The notes below the pieces were generated by a model. That model did not search any database. It saw only the letters and a program-made list of their open reading frames with translations, and was not told the DNA's origin. Shown here in pieces: positions 41,452-55,383 of a stretch of 64,000 nucleotides of DNA. The DNA is from Octopus vulgaris (taxonomy: Eukaryota). The translations under genes were made by a program, and so were the position numbers. Positions within the stretch are counted from its first letter, which is position 1; every line of letters starts with the position of its first letter. The stretch is from contig OX597816.1 of assembly GCA_951406725.2 (NCBI GenBank), forward strand, positions 128,898,001 through 128,962,000, in the 5' to 3' direction.

Positions 41452-44360
41452 TATATACACACACACTGGAGAATCTGGGAAACTGGTCCTGTGTTCCATA
41501 TGGAGTAATGCAGACTACCATCTTGCTTACAAAGCTCTTGACAGTAACAGAAATGGTCAGATTTTGACACATTGTTTGGACTAGGGCTCAGTGTAAAGAA
41601 AACTGAGTAACATACTGCACATAGAATTTATTAATGAAGTACCGATTAAAATTTGTTAAGAGATTTACAAAAAATTTCATTATTAACTTGTAAATCATTT
41701 TCACAGTACTGAAACTTAATGTAAAGTTTATTTGTCTCTCTAAAACAATAGATTTGGTTGTAAATTGGTTGAGCAAAGTTTCTTGGTATATGATTTCAAT
41801 TCCTAGTTGAGCCAGTTTATATTACTTCACTTACTCCTAGAGTTTCTGTCTATAATTATTTATCTAGAAAAGAAACAGTCTGTTTCAGAATAACTTGCCT
41901 TAAACATAGCTCATGGAGAAAATTCCTCAGTGAAGAGAGGTTGACCAAACTACCTATTAAGGATTACAAAGCATGTACTTTCTATCTTTTTCATTTTGTC
42001 ATATTTGTAGTTAATCTGTCTCTCACTCTTTCTCATTTTGTGCCATGATGGCAAGCACAAACATCCATGCCAAAATTTGAAGAGCCCTAATTTTTCTTGG
42101 GAAAAATACAGCAGTGGTTTTCCATTTACAGTTAATCTCCTGTCTCCTGCTCTCCCAAGCTTACATTTCATGTACAGGTCCTATTAAACTCGTTAGCAAG
42201 GAAAAATGATTTATGTAACATCAAGGCATGTCCACACCTCATTGTGTCTGTACAACTCGTGTCTAGAGGTCTTTCTCTAAGCCCTGTATGCCTTAGCCAC
42301 AGAACCATCTTCTGGTATTTGACCCCTAACTTAAGCCCTTAGCAATGACAAAGTGGACTTCGAAGTAGTGGTGACTAAAGGATTACTCCATACATTCCTA
42401 AATTCTTAAGCACCTGCACTGGAGCCTCACTGTCATATATTGTTTAATATCTTTGCCTAGGCAGATGTCATATTGATAGTAGATTTAATCTAAACCCATT
42501 TGATACAAGTGACAATTATTGGAAATTTTTATAAATAATGCTAACCTTGTTGACAATCCTTGAGGGGAAAAAAACTTGACTGGGAAATTCAAATCAAACC
42601 CTTATAACGCTTGTATTGATTGACAGCTTCATAAATATAATGCAAAAGAAATTAATCTGAGTTTTCTTAGCAGCCATTGCAATATATGAAATTTATGAAC
42701 AAATACATATGTGGCAGAAGGCAAGATAATTTTAAATTAAAAATCTGAAGAAGAATATACTATTTAACAATTATACAGCAGAATCATATGGCTTAGCATC
42801 TAGATATATTGAACTAATATCAAGCTAATAAACTAGCCTCACCGAGACTAAGTGAAATACAAAATGCAGCAGTCAAATTTCTAACAAATTTTACCCATCT
42901 GCCTTAAACAATTGGAAGGAAATATTGGATAAAGAAGTCCTAGATTGAATAAATCTGAAAAGAAGATATGGGGATTCAGAGCTGTAACATGACAATTATG
43001 ATGGCATTATTACCCTCCTCCTTTTACATCCTAGTCTTTCATTGATTAGATGACTTCTTGTTGGTCTCTTATATGGATCAGGGGATCTCATCTCCCCTGT
43101 AAGTTTCATTTTTTGTTTGGTTTCTAAGATAGATGATAGATTTGCTAAATCAGCTCTGACCTAGAACTAAACAACAATTGGATCAACATAAAGCAAATAT
43201 TGAGATTTTTTTTTAATCATAAGTATTTTCATTTAAATGAGCTGACACATATCTACTACAGTTTTAGATAATAGAAATGTCAAATAGAGAGCTGAACAAA
43301 ATTACTGTACAAAGGATGAAATTACTGTTTCACCCTTTTTTTTTTTAAGTTTGAAATTCAAACCTTACAGGACAAACAAGTTAAGGAGTAATGTACTAAA
43401 TATTCTATAAAAAAAATTCTTAATTAATTAAAATCTACCTCTTAATTTTGTGTCTGTCAGAGAAAAGGACAGATAATTTCAAGTAATTAAGAATCAATTA
43501 GTTTAATGTCACAGGGTTAACTTACATACACGGAGGAAAGACCTTTTAACTGCAGAAACGAGAACATGGTGTGGATATGGGTCAGTCAATTAGATATTAT
43601 CAGTACAGTACAGTCTACTGAAACTTGCTTGATTGGTTGACAAAGATTTTTCACATACAGCGAAGAAATAGCTGTGAATAATTTACTGAGGTTTATGTTG
43701 TCTGTCTCCAGACAAAAGATAGGTATCATAAAACAGTCAATTTGATCTATTAAATAACCATGCTCCTCCCCTAAACGACAATAAGTAAAAATTAAATTAA
43801 TATTAGGCCTAGTTACTGTTTAAATTTGAGACAATCATAAGTATAGGGAAAGAGGTCATTAATGATTATATGAATTGATAGTGTGTTTTACACCACACTA
43901 ATGAATATATTAATTATGTGACGGTCATAATTGCATTGACACTGTTCAAAATATTGACTTGTCTTATAAAAGACAAACCAATTACTGATAGCTCAATAAA
44001 ATAATAATAGACAATAAGTAATTTGCCTGTATTGAATAATGAGACAAATCAATCTTAATATACACCAAGAACCAAAAACTGAAGGTCAACTTATTTCAGG
44101 AGATGATAAAATCTTTAATTTACTTTCAGACAGGACAACTCACATCAATAAAACTAGTTTTGTCTAAATGAAATTTCTCTGTAAATAGAAACTTAATATC
44201 AGCATATTTTTGAAGAGATTCCATCATTTTAAGCAATATTAATTATACCATTTCTTGTGTGGGTGGATATGTGTGAGTGTGTGTGTCTGTGTCTGTGTGT
44301 GTGTGTATACTCATACACACACTTACACATATACGTGTGTGTGAGTGTCTGTGATGTATG

Positions 44361-44423
<63 letters not shown>

Positions 44424-44645
44424 ACACAAACAATGTACTTTAGAGTATGTCTCTGGCAATGAAGATATTGCATGAAAAAAAGACAGTTCTTTAAAATTGT
44501 CTGGAGTATTTAATATAGTTAAAGTTTAATTAAACACACAAGTGTTGGCAAGAAGCTTAGATTTATTCTTTGTTCTATAATGCTATGGCATCAAGGCACT
44601 TTGTCTAACAAATCAACAATTTACTAATATAAATACATATACATA

Positions 44646-44683
<38 letters not shown>

Positions 44684-44825
44684 AAGATAGATAGATATAC
44701 ACATATATTTATTTATATATATATATGTATATATATACACATATTTGTATATATATATATACACATATTTGTATATATATATATATATATATACACATAT
44801 TTGTATATATATATATACACATATT

Positions 44826-44917
<92 letters not shown>

Positions 44918-44934
44918 TATGTGCATACATATCT

Positions 44935-44968
<34 letters not shown>

Positions 44969-45007
44969 AAATTAAAAGGGAAGTCGAGTTTAACCCTAGG
45001 CGTTACA

Positions 45008-45063
45008 AGCTGCTAATGAGAATTAAGGTGGTCTACACCAAAATTCGAAATTGCAATATGGCT
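45008..45063 (+). ncRNA. Minimal hammerhead ribozyme relic (core G5-to-A)
   Basis: agctg-CTAATGA-gaatt.aa.ggtg(gtcta)cacc.aa.aattc-GAAA-ttgcaa-TA-tggct. Confidence 0.75.
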
Positions 45064-45240
45064 ATGTATGCTAGCAACTAACATCCTTTTTTAGTCATAA
45101 ATTTAGTGCTTTAGTGGCTTAGAAGTTAATTTAATTCCCATTTTAGCATAAGTGATGCTGGTCAGCACTGTCACTTTTGCGACCTCTGTTAATTTTGCCT
45201 TTATATATGTGTGTGTATGTGTATACATATATATATATAA

Positions 45241-45460
45241 GCGAGCTGGTAGAAACGTTAGCACGCCGGGCGAATTATAGCCGTATTTCGTCTGTCGTTA
45301 CGTTCCGAGTTCAAATTCCGCCGATCGACTTTGCCTTTCATCCTTTCGGGTCGATAAATTAAGTACCAGTTACGCACTGGGGTCGATGTAGTCGACTTAA
45401 TCCCTTTGTCTGTCCTTGTTTGTCCCCTCTGTGTTTAGCCCCTTGTGGGTAGTAAAGAAA
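45241..45460 (+). mobile_element. SINE family B, young near-full-length copy
   Basis: CpG-rich; gagctggtagaaacgttag head, gagttcaaattcc B-box, cctttcatcctttcgggtcgataaattaagtaccag body. Confidence 0.88.
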
Positions 45461-45491
45461 TATATATATATATTTATACATATATGTATGT

Positions 45492-45555
<64 letters not shown>

Positions 45556-45867
45556 GTCTGTGTGTACATATATATATGTATACATGCATGATGAACCCTC
45601 CCATCAAAGACAACATGTGAATGTTCAGCTTTTGCTAAACAACCTGCACAAATGATTTGTTTATAGTGATCAAATGTTCATGGTGCACATTAGCCCACTA
45701 TTTCCATCAATACAATATTGTCTGAACAAGTGCATAGTGTACCAAGTGTCAGGTGTCGAAGCGATTGCAGAGCAACATGAGATGAAGTGTTTTACTCAAG
45801 AACACAATGCATCACCCAGCATAAGAATTGAAACCATGTGTCCTCATAATAAGTATATATATATATA

Positions 45868-46260
45868 TATAAAAAATTTTCAGAATGAGATAAAAAACCA
45901 AGGCTGTGAAGATTTTAGAACATTTATAAACGAGGTCTTACAGCTGTTTCCAGGATATTTATTATATCCCTTCATCGGAGACGGTTTGAGAGAATGGTTA
46001 AGCAATAGTTAATTTAGATAAGATAATCCTGGAAACAGCTGTAAGACCTTCTTTATTAATGTTCTAAAATCTTCACAGCCTTGGTTTTTTATCTCATTCT
46101 GAAAAAATTTTTTATACATATACATGCTGATATATGACCTACATTGGACACCTTATTCACATAATCACCGAACCTGGAGCTTAACTATGATTTATCCATA
46201 GCACTTACTCAGCATTACCTGACACCTTTGGTTCTTACTGACACCCTTACCTCTTATAAC

Positions 46261-46262
<2 letters not shown>
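45868..46262. mobile_element. Fold-back Penelope-like terminal repeat (~88-bp inverted arms plus 3' extension)
   Basis: Arms 45868-45956 and 46026-46116; extension to 46262 matches the reverse complement of 55526-55680. Confidence 0.85.
45935..45982 (-). ncRNA. Minimal hammerhead ribozyme, CCGAUGA core variant
   Basis: Minus: gtct-CCGATGA-agggatat(aataa)atatcctg-GAAA-cagctg-TA-agac. Confidence 0.8.
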
Positions 46263-46303
<41 letters not shown>

Positions 46304-46304
46304 A

Positions 46305-46787
46305 TCATCATCATCGTTTAACGTCTGTTCTCCATGCTAGCATGGGTTGGACGGTTCGACCAGGGATCTGGGAAGCCAGAAGGCTGCACCAGGCTCCAGT
46401 CTTATCTGGCAATGTTTCTACAGCTGGATGCCCTTCCTAACGCCAACCACTCCGTGAGTGTAGTGGGTGCTTTTTACGTGCCACCTGCACAGGTGCCAGG
46501 CGAGGCTGACAACGGCCACGGTCGGATTGGTGTATTTTACGTGCCACCGGCACAGAAGCCAGTCGAGGCGGCGCTGGCATCAGCCACGAGTTGGATAGTG
46601 CTTTTTACGTACCACCAGACCAGGGATCCTGGCTGGTTCAATTCGATTTCGATTTCACTTGCCCCAACATGTCTTCGCAAGCAAAGGGGGTTGGCATGGG
46701 TGCCTGTCATCGGATGAGGTTCTATATCGACTTCGCTTGCCTCAACAGGTCTTTGTGTCCAAGGGAGGAAAGGCATGCATAAGTGGG

Positions 46788-46790
<3 letters not shown>
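46305..46790 (-). mobile_element. RTE 3' UTR
   Basis: (atc)n tail, three gtgctttttacgtgccacc units, homologous to 39297-39790. Confidence 0.9.
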
Positions 46791-46834
<44 letters not shown>

Positions 46835-46837
<3 letters not shown>

Positions 46838-47165
46838 TTTATTCTTTGTAAGCCTAGCACTTATTCTATCAGTCTCTTTTATCTGAACCTCTAAGATATG
46901 GGGACATAAGCACACCAGCATCAGTTCTCAAGCGATGTTGGGAGGACAAACTACACACACACAAACACACACTCATACACACACACATATACACACATAT
47001 ATATTTATATACGATGGGCTTCTTTCAGTTTCCGTCTACCAATCCATTCACAAGGCTTTGGTCGGCCTGAGGCTACAGTAGAAGAGACTTGCCCAAGGTG
47101 CTACACAGTGGGATTGAACTGGGAATCATGTGGTTACAAAGCAAGCTACTTACCACACAGCCACT
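46835..47165 (-). mobile_element. SINE family A
   Basis: Reverse complement of family A consensus. Confidence 0.85.
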
Positions 47166-47265
<100 letters not shown>

Positions 47266-47277
47266 GTATATATTTAT

Positions 47278-47778
47278 ATATGCAAATATGAGAGAGAATC
47301 CACTATGTGGACGCTCTTTTGGTGCACTAGAACGAGGGCATTTGAATGTAACTGTGAATATAATTGGCCGAACTGCTCGTGTCTCTGACCTTGTGTTAAT
47401 ATATAGCGTGCAGTTCGACAAATTATATTTTGACGTACTCCACCGATGATCTGAGGATAGTTATGTAAGTTGAATTGCATAATTTATTAACAGTGAAACA
47501 ATTGTATGGGGTTAATCTATATTTTTGTTATTTTTCATTTGTCCTGCCCGCTTACGTTCTTAGTGTGCTAAATTTTTTCTTGAGAACAATTCTTAGTGGT
47601 TGAGTCCCTTTGCGGATCTATATCTAGCGTAAGAGCGTCCACATAGTGGATTCTCTCTCATATTTGTATATTAATAATATTTACTGAATCTCAGTCTTTT
47701 TGCGCTAGACCACTGGTGTTTAAATTGATGTTATTAAATTAATATCCAATTTTTTTACCCTCATTTTGACTTTATCCA
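47278..47778. mobile_element. Penelope-like terminal-repeat element with 41-bp inverted repeats enclosing a hammerhead
   Basis: atatgcaaatatgagagagaatccactatgtggacgctctt (47278-47318) inverted at 47631-47671, 1 mismatch. Confidence 0.75.
47437..47512 (+). ncRNA. Minimal hammerhead ribozyme, CCGAUGA core variant
   Basis: actcca-CCGATGA-tctg...gttatgtaa(gttgaa)ttgcataat...cagt-GAAA-caattg-TA-tggggt. Confidence 0.8.
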
Positions 47779-47852
47779 TATATATGTATATATTTATATA
47801 TACACATATGTACATATACATATTTATATGTATGTAGGAATGAATACATGTT

Positions 47853-47900
<48 letters not shown>

Positions 47901-47902
<2 letters not shown>

Positions 47903-48063
47903 CGCAGGTATGGCGGTGTGGTAAGAAAATGGCTTCCCAACCACATGGTCCTGGGTTCAGTCTCACTGCATGGCACCTTGGGCAAGTGTCTTCTACTATA
48001 GACTCAGGCTGACCAAATCCTTGTGAGTGGATTTGGTAGACAGAAACCGAAAGAAGCCCATCA
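47901..48063 (+). mobile_element. SINE family A 5' half
   Basis: ggcgcaggtatggcggtgtggtaag...accttgggcaagtgtcttctactatag. Confidence 0.85.
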
Positions 48064-48554
48064 TTTATATATACATATATATATGCAAGATTCCCATAAT
48101 TATAATGGAGAATTATACATCTTCAAAATTTGTCTATTACAATATTTCAATCCAATACATGTTGTTGCTCCCTTAAATGGTAAAAGTTCATTCATTCTAA
48201 GGTTAAATGATACCAGAATTTATAGCTGTATCATATTTAAAAACAGTCTCTACTATCATATATGTTAAGCTTTTATCAATCCCTCATCTGAAATATATAT
48301 ACTTTGAAGGACTATCAGAGACTGAATTCTTCAGCTCACTTCACCCACCCACATGAGAACAACCTTGAACAAAGCTGCATAGCTATTTCTACCCTGGATG
48401 AATATGTACTGCATCTGAATCAGCTAGATACATGTAAATACTACACTTAATGATATTAGGACACTTAGGCAGTAGAAACTCATGTCAGACTGAAATATTG
48501 CAATGAACAAATTTTGAAGATATACAAGTCTCCATTCTTATTTATGATATCTTC

Positions 48555-49415
48555 ATCGGACAATTTGACTGAGGTCTGGCAAACCAAATGGCTGCACCAG
48601 GCTCCAATCTGATCTGGCAGAGTTTCTACAGCTGGATGCCCTTCCTAATGCCAACCACTCCAAGAGTGTAGTGGATGCTTTTACATGCCACCAGCACAAG
48701 GGCCATTCAGGTGATACTGGCAACGGCCATGCTCAAATAGTGCTTTTTATGTGCCATCTGTACAGGAGCCAGTCCAGCGGCACTGGCTCTGACCTTGCTC
48801 AATTGTTCTTTCACATGTCACCAGCACAAGTGCCAGTAAAGTGACGCAGGTAACGATCACACTCAAATGGTGCTTCTTATGTACCACCGGCATGGAAGCC
48901 AGTTTGTTGCTCTGGCAATGATCACGCTCGGATAGTATTCTTAGCACTCCACTAGCACAGATGCTAGTCATCGAATTTGATTTCAATTTCAATTTCACTT
49001 ACCTCAACAGGTCTTCGCAAGCAGATTTTAGTGTCCAATGAAGGAAGGTTACACATAAGTGGGCTGGCTACACCCCTGGCATAGGCCATGAGATTATAGA
49101 CTCACTTGGCTTGCCAAGTTTTCTCACGCACAGCATATTTCCAAAGGTCCCAGTCACTTGTCATTGCCTCAGTGAGGCCCAATGTTCGAAGGTCATGCTT
49201 CACCACCTCATCCCAGGTCTTCCTGGGTCTACCTCTTCCACAGGTTCCCTCAACTGCTAGAGTGTGGCACTTTTTCACACAGCTATCCACATCCATTCTC
49301 ATCACATGGCCATACCAGCACAGTCATCTCTCTTTGACACCACATCTGATGCTTCTTAGGTCTAACTTTTCTCTCAAGGTACTTACACTCTGCCGACTAT
49401 GTGTACACTGACATT
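48555..49415 (-). mobile_element. 5'-truncated RTE LINE (ORF end and repeat-rich 3' UTR)
   Basis: WYGHVMRMDVDSCVKKCHTLAVEGTCGRGRPRKTWDEVVKHDL...REKTWQAK*. Confidence 0.9.
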
Positions 49416-50529
49416 TGAATATATATATTCTATATGTTATATCAGCTTCTGCCTTTGCCTTGGATAACATCAGTAGTGTGGAGAAGGGAGCTTGGTATGC
49501 ATGGATGATGGCTGGCCTTCCACAAACAGCCTTACATGGACTTGTGACTCAGAGAGGAACTTTTTAGGCATAATCCCATGGTCACTCACGACCAAAGAGG
49601 ATATTTCCAAATCTCTCTTCCTCTATATTTATATATTAGCATATATTTATCTATCTTTGTGTATGTGTATGTGTGTGTGTGTCACTTCTGGAAAATTATT
49701 GATACTTGAGATTATCTACCTTTCTCATTTGGTGCTAGTACCAACTATCTCCAAGCAATTGGCCTACACTTTCTGGAAGCAGAGATAATTTCAATAAATC
49801 AAGATTTTATCTTGTATGTTGTATTGTTATTTAATATACTCTTGTTCATCTCTGTTGTAAAAGAAAGAACATGCCACTGGACAATCTGAGTTAGTTCTCT
49901 CAGTTCATTTTCATTTCATTTATGCACACACACACATCAAAGTGTTAAATTATTTATGTTAGAGATTTGTAAGAAACCAAATGTAGATTTACTTGCTATG
50001 GTGACTTAGTTCCACTAGTACCATTTGGAAAGGCATAAATTTTGCACAAAGTTACATTTTACTTTTACAACGAATCTGCAGATATGTCTTTAGGTAACAA
50101 ATCACTTTATATATTTAGTAGCCTACTTCAACTTTGAATCAAACATTCCTAATTTGGAATTCTATGTAAGATATCACTCATTCACAAAACAATTTACTCT
50201 AGGGGATAACTAATTTAAAGTTCTTGCTATATTGATGTATTTCTTATCATATTTGCTTTAGACCTACATGAAGTCAATCTAAAGCTGGTATTGCTAATGC
50301 AGTGTTTAATCATTGAATTTGGGAGAAGTTTATTCAAAGTACTTTTATCCTGCAGAACAATTGTATGTATTTTACAGGAAAATATTTTCCATAGAAAACA
50401 AAGAAAATGGGAAAAAATAATAAATTATTTTGAGCACATTAAATATATTTAACCTGTAACTAAATTTAAGACATTTTACCAGTATTATATACATGTAATG
50501 CATTTTGTTTTCAAAGTTATTTTATATAA

Positions 50530-50775
50530 ATGTACCTGTGTGTCACCATGTAAAAGCACCCATGTGATGCCATGTAAAAGTGCCTATGTGGTGCTATGTA
50601 AAAGCATCCAACACACTCTGTAGACTGGTTGGTACTAGGAAGGGCATCCATCCATAGAAACCATGCCAAATCAGATTGGAGTCTGGTGCAGATCCCCAGC
50701 TTGCCAGCCCTGGTCAAACAATATAACCCATGCCAGCATGGATGATGAATGTTAAATGATGATGATGATGATGAT
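50530..50775 (+). mobile_element. RTE 3' UTR fragment with (GAT)n tail
   Basis: atgtaaaagcacc repeats; taggaagggcatcc; gttaaatgatgatgat. Confidence 0.85.
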
Positions 50776-50883
50776 GCCCTTATGCACATGGTATAGTTTT
50801 ACAACTGTGACATGTGTTACTTTAGCCAATCAGAAATTTTAATCAATCAGCATCCTGCAGTTTATGAGCCCTTTATAGCTATT

Positions 50884-51162
50884 TAAACTTGTTGATACCA
50901 GTCTGCTTGATACCACCCCTGGTTCCCTGATACATACTTTTTGTTTTAAAATGACTGAAATTAAAACTTTCCATCAAATCTTTGTTTAATCTAAAGGTGT
51001 AGGAGTGGCTGTGTGGTAAGTAGCTTGCTTATGAACCATATGGTTCCAAGTTCAGTCCCACTGCGTGGCACCTTGGGTGTCTTCTACTATAGCCTTGGGC
51101 CGACCAAAGCCTTATGAGTGGATTTGGTAGACAGAAACTGAAAGAAGCCCATCGTATATATG

Positions 51163-51193
<31 letters not shown>

Positions 51194-51532
51194 ATGCTTG
51201 TTTGTCTGTGTTTGTCCCCCCAACATCGCTTGACAACCGATGCTGATGTGTTTACATCCCTGTACCTTAGCGGTTCGGCAAAAGAGCCCAATAGAATAAG
51301 TACTAGGCTTACAAAGAATAAGTCCTGGGGATGATTTGCTTGACTAAAGGTGGTGCTCCAGCATGGCCACAGTCAAATGACTGAAACAAGTAAAAAAGTT
51401 AAAAAAAAGTTAATTTATGTTCCCAGCCTCTGTTTAATAACAATAGTTATTTTCCTAAATTCTTCATCATTTTAATAATTAAATGAAACAATGGCAGTAT
51501 ATTTCAACAGAAATATGGTAACAAAAGTTATA
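50884..51532. mobile_element. Possible decayed piggyBac-like MITE interrupted by a SINE
   Basis: Ends ttaaacttgttgatacca / tggtaacaaaagttata are loosely inverted. Confidence 0.35.
50996..51410 (+). mobile_element. SINE family A, full length
   Basis: Complete head, internal microsatellite and tail. Confidence 0.92.
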
Positions 51533-53134
51533 AAAGGAATACACAAATAAGTTTTGTCATTATATTCTCACATTTTTAATTAGTAGTTAGCTTTTGTGTC
51601 TTTACCTCCACAGAATAACTGCTGCTGCTTTAAAAACATTGTCGTTACTACTATAAATTATTTGCATTTAAGTATTTTAACTTTCCAAACATGAACATAT
51701 GTGTCTACATTTTCTATAACATTTTCACAGCACATTATTCCATTAATTTTGTAAAACAAGAAAATACATGAACATATTTTCATAAAATTTGATTTGATTG
51801 CTGTTGTAAATTAAAATTTGTTATATTCCTACTTGACTTCTGGTCTTATTTTAATCTGACTTCACAAATCAAGTATTGCATAATTATCATTGCATTCTAC
51901 CAATCAGTTCTGAAGAGGTTTATTTTTTAGTGATATATATGAAATGGAAGGAAAAATTACGTATAATCTCTTATTGTCGTTATCTTGATTAACATTATCT
52001 TGAATTTCGTATAAATTCATTAGATATAATCTGAAGTGAAAATAATGAGAAATAAAGTCATTGAGATGAATGTAAATTGCTTATAGTGATAGAGGGAGAA
52101 AGACAGTTGTTGCATTTGTTTGACAACAGATGAGGTGAAAAAAGATTTAACATGCAAAAGGGGAAACTGAACTTCTAAGGACTGTGATGTATTAGAAGGA
52201 AAACATTGGGAGAAAGTGATGAAAACAGAAAATGAAGAAGCTGAAGCTGATAGAAGAAATGGCAAAGGACCTCAACAAATGTGAGATACCATAATACAGA
52301 AGATAATCCAACACATGCAAGCATGGTAATGAACGTAAGAATATTGTTGTTATTGTTGTGATGATGGTAGTGGTGAAGGTGGTGGAATTTATTTTTTATA
52401 AAACAGTTTTTTTACACCTTTTTTTTCATGAATAATGATTTGAAATAATTTCTTCACAGAGCTAACAATCTCCAAAAATTGGAATGAAAAAGTTAAGGAA
52501 AAAAACAGAGAATAGAAAAATGAAAGCAGAGAGGAACTGGTATGAAGAAAATAAAAAAAAAATAAAAATAATACTTTGTTTTAAAAACAGGTAATCAGGT
52601 GAAATAATTGCTTTACAACACTGGCAGTACCAGCTAAAATAGTTCCTGATGAAATGCTCTTGATTTTTGTTTTGTTTTGCAAATATATTAAAGTGCAATA
52701 TTTTAATTTATTTTCCACATACTACTCTATAGGAAATACAATTTTTTTAATATTGATAAGTTTTGTGGTATTAAAATTTATATAGGCTTCTAAAGTATTT
52801 CATACAACTACTTTAGTATTTGTTATTTAAATTTATGAATTTTGATGTGATCAGAAAAAATATTTCTATTACAAAAAAGTTTTTTTCAAATTGTTTATGG
52901 CTAGCAGGATATACTCCAATAGTTTTATTTGTATGTATGTATGTATGTGAGTATGTATGTATTTATGTGCATGTATGTATGTGTGTGCATGTATGCATGA
53001 ATGTATGTATATGTGGGTGTATGTATGTATGTAATGTAATGTGAATATAATGAATATTAAAAATGATCAACACAAGCGGGCCATGGTTTAATGCATAAGG
53101 TATTAGTAGAATGTTTTAATAGAAAGAGAAAGTG

Positions 53135-53170
53135 CCTTAATATTTCAGACATTAGTCCTTCATCAGATGA
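53135..53170 (-). ncRNA. Very small hammerhead-like motif
   Basis: Minus: tcat-CTGATGA-aggac(taat)gtct-GAAA-ta-TT-aagg; palindromic aatatt stem III; one stem I mismatch. Confidence 0.55.
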
Positions 53171-53400
53171 AAGAGAGAAGCATAAAGGACAGTCAGAAAG
53201 AGAAATAGACAGTGCCAAAAAAAATGATCAAAGGATGGTAAACCAGATGAGAATGTTGCTTTGTTGCAGATGTAGAGGACAGAAGGGAGAAAGTGGATGA
53301 GTATATGCAAGAATAAGATTGTATCCATGTCAGGGAAGTATGGTGCATGTATTTTAGTGCAGTGTGTGTATGTGTGTAGAGATGTGTAAGTACAGAAGTA

Positions 53401-54037
53401 CAAGGTGGTATCAAAAGATTCTCGGACTATTTATGTTTAATAAAAAATAACTTATTTACCCAAGTTTTAACATCATTTCCCTCGAAATAGTCACTTTGCG
53501 CAGCAATACACTAGTCCCAGCATTCCTGCCACTTTTATGGCAATGAGGCAATGGGCTATATGCAATGTTTCGAGTGGCACAGGCACTTCAAAAGGGAAAG
53601 AACGTCACTGGAAGACAATGAGTGATCTGGAAGCCCTGCTATGAGTGTCACCCAAGAAATGCGAAGAAAATTCATTAGCTTGGACATGAGGATCATCGGA
53701 GTACAATCAACGATGTTTTGAAGTATTTGAGGGAAGATATTTGGTGAAGGCAACTAGATCTGTGGACCGCAAAGAATTAGATTCTTCACAATTACAATGT
53801 ACCCTGTCACCAAGCTCTTTTCCTTCATGAGTTTCTCATCAACAACAACATGGTATCACTTCCACACCTGCCCTCTTCACCAGATTTAGCATCTGCAGAC
53901 TTCTGTCTCTTCCCCAAGATGAAAATGCAGCTCAAAGGTTGCCATTTTAACACTGTTGTCAAGAACTAGAGCAAATCACTGAAGGTTTTTGACTCACTTA
54001 TGGAAAACAACTTCCAGGCTAGATTCCAAAAGTGGTA
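53401..54037 (+). mobile_element. Rearranged mariner: inverted 3' end followed by internally deleted transposase
   Basis: 53401-53535 minus reads KWQECWD*CIAAQSDYFEG plus TIR; plus strand CFEWHRHFK...ILHNYNVPCH...LPHLPSSPDLASADFCLFPKMK. Confidence 0.85.
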
Positions 54038-54124
54038 GTTAGCACATTACATGCACTCACTTACACACAAACACTCACACACATACACACACATGCACAC
54101 ATGCTGCTGCACTTGATGATTACA

Positions 54125-54637
54125 GGTAAGTTCACCGCCCATCACTTCACCGCAGGGTAAGTTCACTGCAAGGAAAGTTTACCAAGAAAATATATCTGTA
54201 TTATCATCATCATCCTCATTTAACCTCCACCTTCTATGCTGGCATGGGTGGGATGGTTTCACAGGAGCTGGCCAGACAGAAGGCTACACTAGACTTCTAT
54301 GTCTGTTTTGATGGGGTTTTTATGGCTGGATGCTATTCCTAACACCAACCACCCAGTAGAATGGACTGAGTGCTTTTTACATGGCATGCACACAGGTGAG
54401 GTCAGTTTTGGCAGAGTTTTACAGCTGGATACCTTTCCAAATACCAACTACTTTACAATGTGGACTAGATGCTTTTTAATGCCCCATCCCCTCTCTTTTG
54501 AGAGCAAATGGGGTATTGGAGGAGGTGATCTTGTGTCTCACCATTAATAGTTTTAAAAGTATTTCATTGGGAAAAAATGGTGAATTGATGACAGTGAACT
54601 TTTCTTGCAGTGAATTGATGATGGTGAACTTACCAGA
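54125..54637. mobile_element. MITE-like element with inverted ends made of ~15-bp sub-repeats, interrupted by an RTE 3' fragment (~54200-54480)
   Basis: ggtaagttcacc..cacttcacc..aagttcactg left; mirrored ggtgaattg..gtgaactt..ggtgaacttacc right. Confidence 0.6.
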
Positions 54638-54761
54638 CATCTCACTTGATATCCCCACAGAAAATAAGACATCCCTATTATTTGATGTACAAAAATAGGG
54701 GCCTTCCCACACATTTACCGATATATTCACATATGACCACATATAGTGATATACACCTGAT

Positions 54762-54930
54762 GCGGGCATGAGTGAGAGGTTAAGAAGCTTGCTTCCCAAT
54801 CATGTGACCTTGGGTTCAGTTTCATTGCATGGTACATTGGGCTACTGCTTTCTACTATAACTCTGGGCCAACCAAAGACTTGTGAGTGGATTTAATAGTT
54901 TAATAGATGGAAACTGAAAGAAGCTCATTG
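54762..54930 (+). mobile_element. SINE family A 5' half, decayed
   Basis: aagaagcttgcttcccaa..gggttcagt..ttctactata..gaaactgaaagaagc. Confidence 0.75.
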
Positions 54931-55007
<77 letters not shown>

Positions 55008-55031
55008 GATATTTTCTTCATAAGCTAGTTT

Positions 55032-55064
<33 letters not shown>

Positions 55065-55383
55065 TCCAGAGATTCTCAGTATAGAAAACAGTAGTGCTTA
55101 AAAAGATTCAAACTTGGACTCCAAAGTCTTTACAGGGGAATGATTTTACAGGCTAAAAAGTGGTTATAAGAGGGATCAAGCTGAGTGGATATAGAGGCAA
55201 TTATGTGGATGATCAAATTTGATATATTAAATGTTTGATTTATTTAATACATCTGATTTGTTTGACTACATATTTCACTCTACATATACATAGAGTTCAA
55301 ATTTACAGAAAATAAAAGATGAAGACAGGTGAAGGAACAATAAGTAGGTGTATTAGTTTAACACTTGGGAAGAATGGAAAAGT

